From Acidobacteriota bacterium (GTDB lineage Bacteria; Acidobacteriota; Terriglobia; Terriglobales; Acidobacteriaceae), in assembly GCA_003224905.1 (NCBI GenBank), contig QIAA01000051.1, positions 516 to 64,515 of the forward strand: a DNA stretch of 64,000 bases. Reading direction: 5' to 3'. Positions 55,223-64,000 of this stretch are shown piece after piece. Below the pieces are notes generated by a model, which saw only the letters and a list, made by a program, of their open reading frames with translations, was not told the DNA's origin and made no database searches. The position numbers were made by a program, and so were the translations under genes. Numbering within the stretch: the first letter of the stretch is position 1; each line of letters opens with the position of its first letter.

Positions 55223-56031
55223 TTCCTTAGCATCGGCTTGCTTGATCTGAGTTCAAGGTGGACGCGCTGCATGAGCGCAGGAATGTTCTCCGCTTGAAAC
55301 ACGTTTCTGCCGAAGAAGACGCCGGCGGCGCCGGATTGCATGATGCTGCGTACGAGTTCACAAATCGCTTCGTCCGAACCCGTGCGGCTTCCTCCCAGCA
55401 CCAGGATCGGAATTGCGCATGCTTCGACTACGGCGCGCATGGTTTGAGGATCGCCAGAATACTCTGTCTTGATGAGGTCGGCGCCAAGCTCGGCGGCAAT
55501 ACGGGTGTGCAGTTTCAACCAGTAAGGATCACGCGCGTTCTGTACTGCTGGCCCGCGAGCTACAGATTCAACGATCAGTGGCAAGCCGAGCCGCTCACAC
55601 TCGCGCGAGACGCCGGCAACGCGTTCGATTTCGCTTCGTTCAAATTCCGCATCGCCGCTCCCGATCACCAGGAATGTGATGACTGCATCTGCTCCGGCGC
55701 GGAGAGCCTCTTCCGGCTGCGCGACGAGGCAGCTGCGAAAGGCGTCTGGCGGAAGCTGGCTGGCGGTGCCCATTGCCGTGGTCCAGTCGAGGCGGGCGAT
55801 CAGGGCTGGCAGGTTTTCTGCCGTCGAGGTCTTCGCCAGTTGTCCAAACATCCCGAGGTTAAGAAGAAGCGCGTCCGCCTTGCCCTCGATGAAGCGGCTG
55901 ATCTGGCGCGTGGCATTCTCCGTGCCCGGAATCGAGCCCAGGACGAGTCCGTGATCGAAGGCCACGACCAGCGTGCCCCGTTCGGGCTGCAAGATGCGGC
56001 GAAGGCGAATGTGTTTTCCGTCGTGGCTCAC
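55213..56031 (-). CDS. Class I aldolase of the DhnA/FbaB/LsrF (DeoC-LacD) family
   Basis: VVAFDHGL...ADALLLN...ADLIKTEY (candidate Schiff-base Lys)...VLGG...GVFFGRNVFQ. Confidence 0.8.
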   Translation of the reverse strand: MSHDGKHIRLRRILQPERGTLVVAFDHGLVLGSIPGTENATRQISRFIEGKADALLLNLGMFGQLAKTSTAENLPALIARLDWTTAMGTASQLPPDAFRSCLVAQPEEALRAGADAVITFLVIGSGDAEFERSEIERVAGVSRECERLGLPLIVESVARGPAVQNARDPYWLKLHTRIAAELGADLIKTEYSGDPQTMRAVVEACAIPILVLGGSRTGSDEAICELVRSIMQSGAAGVFFGRNVFQAENIPALMQRVHLELRSSKPMLRNCT

Positions 56032-56164
56032 TTTGAGAGAGTAAAACGATACACCAGCGGGAAAATGTAGATGCTGAATTCTCGTCTGTCAACTATTCCC
56101 TTGAACAATGCTGCGCGATAAGTCATGATTGCCGAGTTTCTCGGGATGCAGCAGAGACCCTGAA

Positions 56165-57208
56165 ATGGTAACCATTCGCGATGTTGCAGGAAAGAGCGGT
56201 TTCTCCATCACTACGGTATCGATGGTGCTAAACGACGGCCGTGGCGCTGCCCGCATCTCCGGGCGGACCCGCACTCGTGTCTGGAAAGTTGCGCGGCGCC
56301 TGGGCTATCGGCCGAACCTGCAGGCCCGCTCGCTTCGCAGCAAACGAACTCACAGCGTGGGGGTGGTGGTTTTCGATCTTACCGATCCTTATTGCACGCA
56401 AATCTGGCGAGGCATTCAAAATCATCTTCGTCCCATCGGTCTGTTTCCGATTGTCACCGATCTGCAGGATGACCGTTCGCAATTTCAGCCTTGCCTGGAC
56501 ATGCTAATGGATCGCCGGGTGGAGGGAATTATCGCAATTGCGAATCCACTCTACCTGGACAACAAGCTGCTGTCCGACTTCGCGCATCGCGACGTTCCGG
56601 CGGTTGTGATCGGCCGCGAGCTGGCCAACGTGCCTGTAAGCTCCGTAGTTGTGGACAATGCAGCCGGTACGCGGCAGGCATTGCAACACCTTTATAATCT
56701 CGGACACAGCCGAATTGCTTTCATCAGAGGACCGTCGATTCTTGTGGATAGCATACAACGCTGGCAAGGACTCGAGGATTTTGCCAGAGAAGTAGCGCTC
56801 AAGCTCGATCCCCGGCTCATCCTCGAAATCAAAGGCCGCAACTCAACCTATACGGAAGCCTGCGAGCTGACCGAAGAGCTTATGCGACGCGGTCCGGATT
56901 TTACCGCGCTGGTTGCCTTCGACGATCTTACGGCGTGCGCCGCGATTCGCGCCATGACGAGAGCGGGCCGCCACGTGCCGAAGGATTGCTCCGTGGTGGG
57001 GTTTGACGATATCCCGAGCTCCGCCTTCTACAACCCTCCATTGACAACCGTGCAACAACAACTGGAGATGCAAGGATCGCTGGGAGCAGAAATTATGGAA
57101 GAATTGATCCGGGCGAGGGCGGAGAACCGCCAAGTCCAACCAAAACACAGGAGAGTTTCACCCAAGCTAATTGTTCGTGATTCGACGTGCTCAGCACCAC
57201 GTTCCTGA
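56165..57208 (+). CDS. LacI family transcriptional regulator
   Basis: MVTIRDVAGKSGFSITTVSMVLN is the HTH. A periplasmic-binding-protein-like sugar-binding core follows. Confidence 0.9.
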   Translation: MVTIRDVAGKSGFSITTVSMVLNDGRGAARISGRTRTRVWKVARRLGYRPNLQARSLRSKRTHSVGVVVFDLTDPYCTQIWRGIQNHLRPIGLFPIVTDLQDDRSQFQPCLDMLMDRRVEGIIAIANPLYLDNKLLSDFAHRDVPAVVIGRELANVPVSSVVVDNAAGTRQALQHLYNLGHSRIAFIRGPSILVDSIQRWQGLEDFAREVALKLDPRLILEIKGRNSTYTEACELTEELMRRGPDFTALVAFDDLTACAAIRAMTRAGRHVPKDCSVVGFDDIPSSAFYNPPLTTVQQQLEMQGSLGAEIMEELIRARAENRQVQPKHRRVSPKLIVRDSTCSAPRS

Positions 57209-57265
57209 TTGCGCGGTTCATCAGTGGGACACGATAAACCGCTGTAACGTTACACCGCAAACTGC

Positions 57266-58153
57266 ATGAGTGTGATGTCCAGAGCTAACCTCTACCGCTG
57301 GTGCAGCGTGCCGGCTCGGGACCTTCCAACCCATGCTGATCTGCGAGTGCGCTTCCGCATGGTGCGTGATTCGGCTGAGATGGGAATGCTGATGGCGCGG
57401 GAACTGGCAGATGAAATCGAAGGGAACAATAAGCAGAGTCGGCCAACACGCGCCATCATCCCGTGCGGACCTAAGTGCTGGTATGCGCCTTTCACGGAAC
57501 TGGTAAATGCGCGCAAAGTTTCTCTGCGAAGTCTCTTTGTTTTCCACATGGACGAGTGCCTGGACTGGCAGGGTCGCCCTCTGCCCGCGCGTCATCCTTA
57601 TAACTTCCGTTCGTTCATGGAAGAACATTTTTACGGTGGGGTCTTGCCGGCGCTAGCCGTTCCGCAAGCGCAGCGATTCTGGTTGTTACCATCGACCGCG
57701 GAGCAGGTCCGAGCCGCGATTGAAACGGCGCCCATTGACATCACGATAGGGGGTTGGGGACAGGATGGGCATGTTGCTTACAACCAGGCACGGCGACATC
57801 CTTATAGTTCCGTTTCGCTTGAGGAGCTTGCGAATTCGAGCGTACGGATTCAGGAAAATAATTTCGACACTATCCTCGCGCTGGCTCAGCGGACGTTCGG
57901 CGGGGCCTACCAATTTGTTCCGCCCATGTCGATTACTCTGGGAATCAAGGAATGCCTCTCTGCGAAAAAAGTGCGCGTGTACAGTGACACGGGCGCGTGG
58001 AAGCAGACCGCACTGCGAGTTGCGTTGTTCTCCGAGCCGACGCCCGAGTATCCGATGACCCTGTTGCAGCGGCATCCGGATGCGATTATCACTGCGACTG
58101 AGGAGACCGCGCGCCATCCCATCAGCGAGAATCCCGGCTGGGAGCTTCTGTAG
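57266..58153 (+). CDS. Glucosamine-6-phosphate deaminase / 6-phosphogluconolactonase family protein (NagB-like)
   Basis: FHMDEC...ITIGGWGQDGHVAYNQ parallels the NagB motif GIGxNGHIAFNEP. Confidence 0.75.
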   Translation: MSVMSRANLYRWCSVPARDLPTHADLRVRFRMVRDSAEMGMLMARELADEIEGNNKQSRPTRAIIPCGPKCWYAPFTELVNARKVSLRSLFVFHMDECLDWQGRPLPARHPYNFRSFMEEHFYGGVLPALAVPQAQRFWLLPSTAEQVRAAIETAPIDITIGGWGQDGHVAYNQARRHPYSSVSLEELANSSVRIQENNFDTILALAQRTFGGAYQFVPPMSITLGIKECLSAKKVRVYSDTGAWKQTALRVALFSEPTPEYPMTLLQRHPDAIITATEETARHPISENPGWELL

Positions 58154-58154
58154 A

Positions 58155-59240
58155 GTGGGTTCCACTCGCAAGAACACTTCCTACCAGCAACTGGTAGGAG
58201 TGGGAGGTCTGGGAACGGGAATTTTGTTCTCCCTCGAGGGCAACCACACACTCGGACGAAACGAAAGCCGGCCGGGCAGTTTGCTCGATGTGAGGGACTA
58301 CTGCAAGCTGCACATCGTCAGTCACTACGTTGCGAAATTGCTCGGGAGCCAGCAGTTTCGCGTGATTCCAGTTGGTAAGGTAGGGGACGATGCAGCCGGA
58401 CAATTTGTGCTCCGCGAATTGTCCGCTGCTGGCATGGACACGCGCTTCGTCCAAACGATCGCTCATTCGCCGACCTTATTCAGTGTGTGCTTTCAATATC
58501 CCGATGGGACCGGGGGCAACATCACGACCAACAATTCGGCGGCAGAGCAGTTGAGCGCGGGCGACCTTGACTTGGTTAAGGAGGGATTTTCAGCGTCGAG
58601 CACCATAGCTCTCACTCTCCCCGAAGTTTCGCTCGATGTGCGCCGACACTTTTTGCAACTGGCGAGCAAGGCGGGAGCGTTCCGGGCGGCCTCATTTGTT
58701 TCGTCGGAGATTGCCGCCGCGAAAGCAATGGGATTCTTCGAGCGGCTGGATTTATTGTCTTTGAACGAGAGCGAGGCAGGCGAGCTCATCGGGATGACCT
58801 TCAGTCCAGACAGCGCGCAAATTTTCGCGGAAGCGTGTGTCCGATTTCTTGTTGCAAACTATCCCTCTCTTCAGCTAGTCGTGAGTGCGGGGAACGCCGG
58901 GGCTTATGCTGCTACCTGCGATGTCTGGAATTACTGCCCAGCGCCGAAGGTGGAGGTTGCATCGACCGCCGGGGCTGGCGATTGTCTGCTCGGGGGAATC
59001 CTTGCCGCCATGGCGAGAGGCGTCCCGCTGGTGAGCGATTGTCCGCCGAGGAAGACCCTTACAGAACGTCCCCTGGAAAGTGCACTCGAGTTTGGCGTGC
59101 TGCTCGCGAGCTACAAAGTCATGTCGCCCCATACAATCCACCCGGAGGCATCATGGCCGGCGCTGGTCAGGTTCGCGAAGGAAAAAGGTATTGAACTCGG
59201 GGCTTCGCTTCATGGGGCATTCGATGAAGCAGGGCAGTGA
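58155..59240 (+). CDS. PfkB family carbohydrate kinase (second copy)
   Basis: GTG start 1 nt after the upstream stop. VGVGGLGTG...STAGAGDCLLGGILAAM (PfkB signature 2). Confidence 0.8.
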   Translation: MGSTRKNTSYQQLVGVGGLGTGILFSLEGNHTLGRNESRPGSLLDVRDYCKLHIVSHYVAKLLGSQQFRVIPVGKVGDDAAGQFVLRELSAAGMDTRFVQTIAHSPTLFSVCFQYPDGTGGNITTNNSAAEQLSAGDLDLVKEGFSASSTIALTLPEVSLDVRRHFLQLASKAGAFRAASFVSSEIAAAKAMGFFERLDLLSLNESEAGELIGMTFSPDSAQIFAEACVRFLVANYPSLQLVVSAGNAGAYAATCDVWNYCPAPKVEVASTAGAGDCLLGGILAAMARGVPLVSDCPPRKTLTERPLESALEFGVLLASYKVMSPHTIHPEASWPALVRFAKEKGIELGASLHGAFDEAGQ

Positions 59241-59317
59241 CTTCTTTCTACCTGATGCGGTACGAGGATAACGAAGAGAATTCCTGGAGCCGCCTGTGCC
59301 TATTCCTTCGGACAAGG

Positions 59318-59377
59318 GGTCCTTCGACTGCGCGAGCACTTCGCTGCGCGAAGTACTCGCTCCGCTTAGGATGACAA
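59318..59377 (+). repeat. Hairpin repeat, GGTCCTTCG...CTTAGGATGACA family (copy C, longest stem)
   Basis: GGTCCTTCGACTGCGCGAGCACTTCGCTGCGCGAAGTACTCGCTCCGCTTAGGATGACAA. The 13-bp stem GCGAGCACTTCGC / GCGAAGTACTCGC has one mismatch. Confidence 0.75.
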
Positions 59378-59392
59378 CCCTGGTGTTTTTGC

Positions 59393-59420
59393 TTGACAGT
59401 TGACCTGAATTGGGTATATG
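59393..59420 (+). promoter_or_regulatory. Candidate sigma-70 promoter for the glycosidase gene
   Basis: Perfect -35 TTGACA (59393..59398), a 16-nt spacer, then TATATG. This implies a very short leader before the GTG at 59434. Confidence 0.35.
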
Positions 59421-59433
59421 AAGACCCACTCCG

Positions 59434-61692
59434 GTGAAACGTTACACTAGACGAATTTGTCGGTTGCTCAAGGCGGGTGCTGCCGAAAAAGCAATAGCCG
59501 TTTCTCTCCTGGCCGTGGCCAGCGTTCTACTCTCGAGCTGCAATCGCCAGGAGACAGGCAAGGCCATCTCAGAGCCAGCCAGCAGCATCGATGTGGTCTC
59601 TGGAAATCCGATCGTGATACGAACTTCTGCCGCAGAATTCCGGCTGTTTCCGAGCGGCTACATGCAGGCTTCTCTTCTGAGCAAGGGGAAAGACTTGGGT
59701 CTGGACGACCCACGAATCGAGGACACAGGCGACGTACTGGTAAGTAATGGCAAAGAAATACGTGACTTCGCGCTCGACCTTACGCACGCGCATGTGAGCC
59801 CGACCTCCGGCCGGTTGGGAGCACGCGGGAAGCGGATCGAGGTTGCTGGGAAATCGCCCGTTGTGCCGGCACTCGAGAAAAGCTTAGCTGAAGAGTTCTA
59901 CGACGATTTTCCTAACGTCGCCCTGGCCAGTGTGTCCTACAAGAACAGCGGAAGCAGCGACATTGCAATCGATCACGTGAGCACTCAAGGGCACGTTCTG
60001 AATGCATCGTTGAGCGACCTGGGAGCGCCGCCTTATGCGATGTGGTCGTTCCATGGATCGAGTGAGGCCTGGGGCAAAGACGATGTGATGAAAATCACTA
60101 ACAAATTTTCCCGCTCGAACCTGATGCAAGCGGTCATGCACAACGATGAAAACCAGACCGGCGGCGGCATTCCGGCGGTGGCGTTCTGGACAGGTTCCGT
60201 GGGTGAAGCTATCGGACACGCGGAAACCGTGCCGCTGAAGCTCAGCCTTCCCGTGAAGACCGCGCCGGACGGGCGAGTCAGCGTGTCGGTTGCCATGGAC
60301 GAGCAAACCAGCCTGAAACCCGGAGAAACGTTTTCAATACCTCTTACCTTCGTTTCTGTGTTCCAAGGCGATTTTTTTCAGGCGCTCAGCCTGTATTCGA
60401 AGATGCTGCAAGTTCGCGGTGTGAGCCTCGCACATCCGAACGCCGCCGACTACGAAGCCAACTGGTGCGGCTGGGGCTACGAGATGGACTTCACGCCGAA
60501 GCAGATGCTGGGCACGATTCCGAAGCTGAAGCAGCTCGGGCTGAAATGGGCCACCCTCGATGCCGGCTGGTTTCGCGCGCGTGGCGATTGGGAGCCGCGT
60601 TTCGACACATTCCCTGATGATTCCATCCAGAAGGTGGTGAAGGCGTATCACGATGCGGGCATCCGCCTCACCCTCTGGTGGATTCCGCTGGTGGTCGAGG
60701 ACGGGCATGGCAAGGACATCCTGAATCACCGCCCGTACCAGCTGTCGAATGTGGTTCGGGATCATTCGGACTGGCTCGTGCTGGATAAGAACGGCAAGGC
60801 GGCCCGGGTGACTGCTGACCTGGCGACTCTCTGTCCCGCCGTTCCGGAAGTGAAGGATTATTACAAGCGTCTGACCGAAAAATTTGTCCGCGATTGGGGT
60901 TTCGACGGACACAAACTTGACTTCGCCTACACCGTCCCGGCCTGCTATAACCCAAAGCACCACCACAAATCGCCGGATGACTCCATTGCAGCAGTGGGCG
61001 ACATTTACAAGACCATTCTGGAAACCACGCGCGCACTGAAGCCGGAGAGCGTGACGCAGGCGTGTCCCTGCGGAACGCCGCCGAATCTGGCGTGGCTGCC
61101 GTACATCGACCAGGCGGTCACGGCTGATCCCGTGGGGTCGCGCCAAGTCCGGCTGCGCACGAAGATGTACAAAGCCTTGCTTGGACCTGCGGCTGCCGTG
61201 TACGGAGACCACGTCGAGTTGACGGAAGTGCAGCTCAGCAACACGCAGCACGAAGTCGATAAAGGACGAGACTTCGCATCGGAAGTCGGAGTCGGTGCCG
61301 TAGTGGGCACGAAGTTTACCTGGCCCGGTTATGGTCCGAAGTTCAAGACCGTGGAACTGACTCCTGAGAAAGAAGCGCACTGGAAGAAATGGATCGATCT
61401 TTACAACGCCAAGATGCTGTCGCGCGGAGAATTTCTTGGTCTATACACGTATGGTTACGACTGGCCTGAAGGCTACGCAATCGCAAAGGATGGGCGCATG
61501 TATTACGCTTTTTACGCGCCCGATAAAACCAAGTCGTGGAGCGGGCAGGTTGAGCTGCGCGGCCTGAAACCCGGCGCGTACCGGGTTGTGGACTATGAAA
61601 GCGGCAAAGATGTGGGCACGATTGATGCCAGCAGTCCGAAACTACAGGTGTCATTCAATGAACACCTGCTGTTGGAAGCAGACCCGCAATAA
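59434..61692 (+). CDS. Clan GH-D alpha-galactosidase-like glycoside hydrolase (GH27/GH36-like), lipoprotein
   Basis: Lipobox LLSSC. NWCGWGYEMDF...LGLKWATLDAGWF parallels GWNSW...IDDCW. GFDGHKLDF parallels the KxD nucleophile region. The family is assigned by motif only. Confidence 0.6.
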   Translation: MKRYTRRICRLLKAGAAEKAIAVSLLAVASVLLSSCNRQETGKAISEPASSIDVVSGNPIVIRTSAAEFRLFPSGYMQASLLSKGKDLGLDDPRIEDTGDVLVSNGKEIRDFALDLTHAHVSPTSGRLGARGKRIEVAGKSPVVPALEKSLAEEFYDDFPNVALASVSYKNSGSSDIAIDHVSTQGHVLNASLSDLGAPPYAMWSFHGSSEAWGKDDVMKITNKFSRSNLMQAVMHNDENQTGGGIPAVAFWTGSVGEAIGHAETVPLKLSLPVKTAPDGRVSVSVAMDEQTSLKPGETFSIPLTFVSVFQGDFFQALSLYSKMLQVRGVSLAHPNAADYEANWCGWGYEMDFTPKQMLGTIPKLKQLGLKWATLDAGWFRARGDWEPRFDTFPDDSIQKVVKAYHDAGIRLTLWWIPLVVEDGHGKDILNHRPYQLSNVVRDHSDWLVLDKNGKAARVTADLATLCPAVPEVKDYYKRLTEKFVRDWGFDGHKLDFAYTVPACYNPKHHHKSPDDSIAAVGDIYKTILETTRALKPESVTQACPCGTPPNLAWLPYIDQAVTADPVGSRQVRLRTKMYKALLGPAAAVYGDHVELTEVQLSNTQHEVDKGRDFASEVGVGAVVGTKFTWPGYGPKFKTVELTPEKEAHWKKWIDLYNAKMLSRGEFLGLYTYGYDWPEGYAIAKDGRMYYAFYAPDKTKSWSGQVELRGLKPGAYRVVDYESGKDVGTIDASSPKLQVSFNEHLLLEADPQ

Positions 61693-61735
61693 CGATTTCG
61701 TTTCACCCATCCCGTTGGGTAACAGGAGGTTCACG

Positions 61736-64000
61736 GTGCCGTACTCATGGAGAGCTTATTTTTTCCTGCTGGTGTTCTCGTCCCTGTTGCTGCTCTCGAG
61801 CCTGTGCCAAGCGCAAAAAGATACCGGCAACATCGTAGGCTCGGTAAAAGACAGCTCGGGAGCCGTTCTGCCGGGCTCGCAAGTCGTGGTCGAGGACGTG
61901 GACCGAGGCACGGCATTCCGTACGAAATCGAATGACCAGGGCGAATTTAACGCTGGCCCGCTGAAGCCGGGCCGCTACCGCATTACGGTTGAAAGAGAAG
62001 GGTTCAAGAAGACGGTCGTAGGCCCCATCGAGCTGAACATTCAGGAGCGGCCGTCCGTGGACGTGGTTCTGCAGGTGGGCCAAGTGAACGAGCAGATCAC
62101 GGTCAATACCCTGGGCCCGCAACTCGAAACGCAGAACTCCGATCTCGGGCAGGTGGTGGGCGCCAGGCGAATTTCAACGCTTCCGCTCAATGGCCGCAAT
62201 TACGCGCAACTGGCGCAGTTGAGCGTCGGCGTGGCTCCCGCTGAGCCCGGATCGCGCGCGGAGAAGACTTTCGGTTTCAGCGCAAACGGGGCGCGCGCCC
62301 TGCAGAACAATTTCCTTCTGGACGGCATTGACAACAACTCCAATCTGGGCGACCTGCTGAACGAGACCACATACGTGATTCAACCCTCGGTAGACGCAAT
62401 CGCGGAATTCAAGGTGCAGACCAACGCCTACAGCGCCGAATTCGGGCGCGGCAACGGGGCCATCATGAATGCCGTGATTAAGTCAGGGACCAACCAATTT
62501 CATGGCGACGTTTACGAGTTTCTCCGGAACGAGAAGTTCGATGCCAGGAATGTGTTTGACCAGTTTGGACGGCAACCCTATAAGCAAAATCAGTTTGGAT
62601 TCACCATAGGCGGGCCGATCGTCAAGAACAAGACTTTTTTCTTCTTCGACTACGAAGGCCTTCGCGTACGCCAGGCAACGCCAATCCTGCAAGTGATTCC
62701 CACTCCTGCGGAAGTTGCGGGGGACTTCAGTGGCAATCTGCAGAGCGCCTTTGCGCCTCAGGTGGACCCGGACGGAAATATCATCGATGGATCCAGGGCG
62801 AAGGACTGCAACAACAACGATACATTTGTCGGTGAAATCTTCGACACGCGGCTGACGATGCAATCAGGCCTGAATCCAAACGGCTTCTGCGGCGTGCCGA
62901 TCTCATCCGGCGGCAACCTGAACGTCTTCAGCTCCGTCGACCCCCTAGCGGCGCGCCTGGCGACTTTTCTTCCCGCTCCGAACACCAGCATTTCGGGGGC
63001 GAATTTCCTGACCGAGCCTTTGAGGAAGGAGCGTCGCAACAACTTTGACATTCGAATCGATCACAAGTTTTCGCAGACCAATGACTTTTTTGGGCGCTTC
63101 AGCTACGAAGACCAACCGAGCGAAATCCCCTCGACCTTTAACAATGTGCTCGATGGGGGAGGCTTTTTCGATGGACTGGAAGACAACTCATATCGAAGCG
63201 TCGCGCTGAGCGAGGCCCATCTGTTTGCCCCGACCGTGGTCAATGAGTTCCGGCTGGGTTACAACCGCATCAACTCGCATCGATACCAGCTGAATTTTGA
63301 CAAAGACATCGCAGGCGATCCCTCTTTCGGGATCAGTTTCCCCGGGGTGCCGTTCGCGCCCTTGAATGGTGGCCTGCCGGAAATTGATTTCGGCGACGGC
63401 ACCGCTACCATCGGCAGCGCCACTTTCCTTCCGTCGCGTGAAATACAGAACAGTTTTGTTCTGACCGACAACCTCACCTGGGTGCGCGGGCGCCACTCCC
63501 TCAGGTTCGGCACGGAAATTCGGCACGAGCAGTTCACGCTTTTTCAGCCGGCGGCCTCGCGCGGTAATATGGGCTTCGGCAGCGAGTTCACGGATAATCC
63601 TGCATCGCCCAGCACCGGAGGCTCGGCATTTGCCTCCTTCTTGCTGGGCATCCCCGATTTCGGCTCGATTACCAGCCTGCATAACGTGGATTACCGCAGG
63701 GAAATCTACAGCGGTTATGTGCAGGATGATTTCCGCGCTACCCAGCGCCTCACGCTGAATCTCGGTCTGCGTTATGAATTCTTCAGCACGATCAAAGAAG
63801 CCCATGATGAGGCAGCGACGTTTGATTTTGCCACGCAATCGCTGCTGGTGCCGAAAGGACAAGATCTGCAACTCACACCCACGCTGGCCCAGAGCATACC
63901 GATTTCGCGCACGGGTACTCGCGGATTGATCAATCGCGACTTGAATAACTTCGCACCTCGAGTCGGCCTGGCATTCCAGATCATGGATAAGCTCGTACTG
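61736..64000 (+). CDS. TonB-dependent receptor with CarboxypepD_reg domain (partial, runs off the window end)
   Basis: Absent from the ORF track because there is no stop in the window. AGGAGG lies 6 nt before the GTG at 61736. My translation: VPYSWRAYFFLLVFSSLLLLSSLCQAQKDTGNIVGSVKDSSGAVLPG...RISTLPLNGRNYAQLAQL...FSANGARALQNNFLLDGIDNN...GTNQFHGDVYEFLRN. Confidence 0.85.
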   Translation, partial: MPYSWRAYFFLLVFSSLLLLSSLCQAQKDTGNIVGSVKDSSGAVLPGSQVVVEDVDRGTAFRTKSNDQGEFNAGPLKPGRYRITVEREGFKKTVVGPIELNIQERPSVDVVLQVGQVNEQITVNTLGPQLETQNSDLGQVVGARRISTLPLNGRNYAQLAQLSVGVAPAEPGSRAEKTFGFSANGARALQNNFLLDGIDNNSNLGDLLNETTYVIQPSVDAIAEFKVQTNAYSAEFGRGNGAIMNAVIKSGTNQFHGDVYEFLRNEKFDARNVFDQFGRQPYKQNQFGFTIGGPIVKNKTFFFFDYEGLRVRQATPILQVIPTPAEVAGDFSGNLQSAFAPQVDPDGNIIDGSRAKDCNNNDTFVGEIFDTRLTMQSGLNPNGFCGVPISSGGNLNVFSSVDPLAARLATFLPAPNTSISGANFLTEPLRKERRNNFDIRIDHKFSQTNDFFGRFSYEDQPSEIPSTFNNVLDGGGFFDGLEDNSYRSVALSEAHLFAPTVVNEFRLGYNRINSHRYQLNFDKDIAGDPSFGISFPGVPFAPLNGGLPEIDFGDGTATIGSATFLPSREIQNSFVLTDNLTWVRGRHSLRFGTEIRHEQFTLFQPAASRGNMGFGSEFTDNPASPSTGGSAFASFLLGIPDFGSITSLHNVDYRREIYSGYVQDDFRATQRLTLNLGLRYEFFSTIKEAHDEAATFDFATQSLLVPKGQDLQLTPTLAQSIPISRTGTRGLINRDLNNFAPRVGLAFQIMDKLVL

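Noticed and set aside
55258-56070. 270-aa + strand ORF opposite the aldolase gene
   Set aside because: An antisense shadow. The minus-strand frame has the class I aldolase pattern and overlaps the FGGY kinase start in the usual operon fashion.
56032-56164. LacI-type operator in the divergent promoter region (for example GTAAAACGATAC near 56040)
   Set aside because: My alignment to the TGNAANCGNTTNCA-type consensus matched only about half of the constrained positions on either half-site. That is not good enough to report.
60334-61380. 348-aa minus-strand ORF opposite the glycosidase gene
   Set aside because: An antisense shadow with an Arg/His/Gly/Leu-rich translation.
1-64000. Prophage, integrative element, toxin-antitoxin or known anti-phage defence system
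   Set aside because: I found no integrase, transposase, recombinase, phage structural gene, nuclease/helicase/ATPase defence-type gene or tRNA attachment site in any frame. The macro-domain gene stands alone next to housekeeping-type genes.

Overview
This is a moderately GC-rich bacterial chromosomal segment. Its gene content looks like Acidobacteriota, which is an inference from family content, not a database hit: CarboxypepD_reg-type TonB-dependent receptors, a DUF1800/DUF1501 pair, a PEP-CTERM protein, futalosine-pathway mqn genes, and many Gfo/Idh/MocA, DUF1080 and GMC genes. I support about 57 protein-coding genes. I recognise no rRNA, tRNA, CRISPR array, transposase or integrase. Left to right the window holds: topA (partial), a four-helix-bundle cassette and dprA; mqnA, a PadR pair and mqnC; a CslA-like GT2 synthase; an orphan sugar-binding lipoprotein; pepP; bioY and an mqnD-like gene; a HAD hydrolase; a GAF/HD-GYP protein; DUF1800/DUF1501; a Rieske gene and solitary nuoB; a macro-domain gene; a His-rich zinc-ribbon protein divergent from a TonB receptor; and a 54-aa Flp pilin gene that is missing from the ORF track. 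Next comes a 9-kb array of five secreted paralogs with a PEP-CTERM protein embedded in it, then rmlA/rmlC and a tightly coupled 7-gene sugar or amino-sugar operon. After that are a DUF1080 / TAT-subunit / GMC trio and an 11-gene LacI-controlled carbohydrate locus that ends in a glycosidase and a second TonB receptor running off the window. The most interesting items are these. (1) The paralog array is built from 9, 4, 2, 3 and 1 Ig-like repeats, each followed by a conserved terminal module. (2) The Avd/23S-IVS-type four-helix-bundle gene is bracketed by perfect 25-bp inverted repeats and sits between dprA and topA. (3) Three families of interspersed intergenic repeats occur across the window. 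(4) Two genes are disrupted: a 16-bp tandem duplication in the GMC oxidoreductase and a frameshift in paralog 2. (5) Two sugar operons have unusual gene combinations. All functional calls come from reading the translated ORFs for family motifs. Nothing was searched or computed beyond by-eye alignment.
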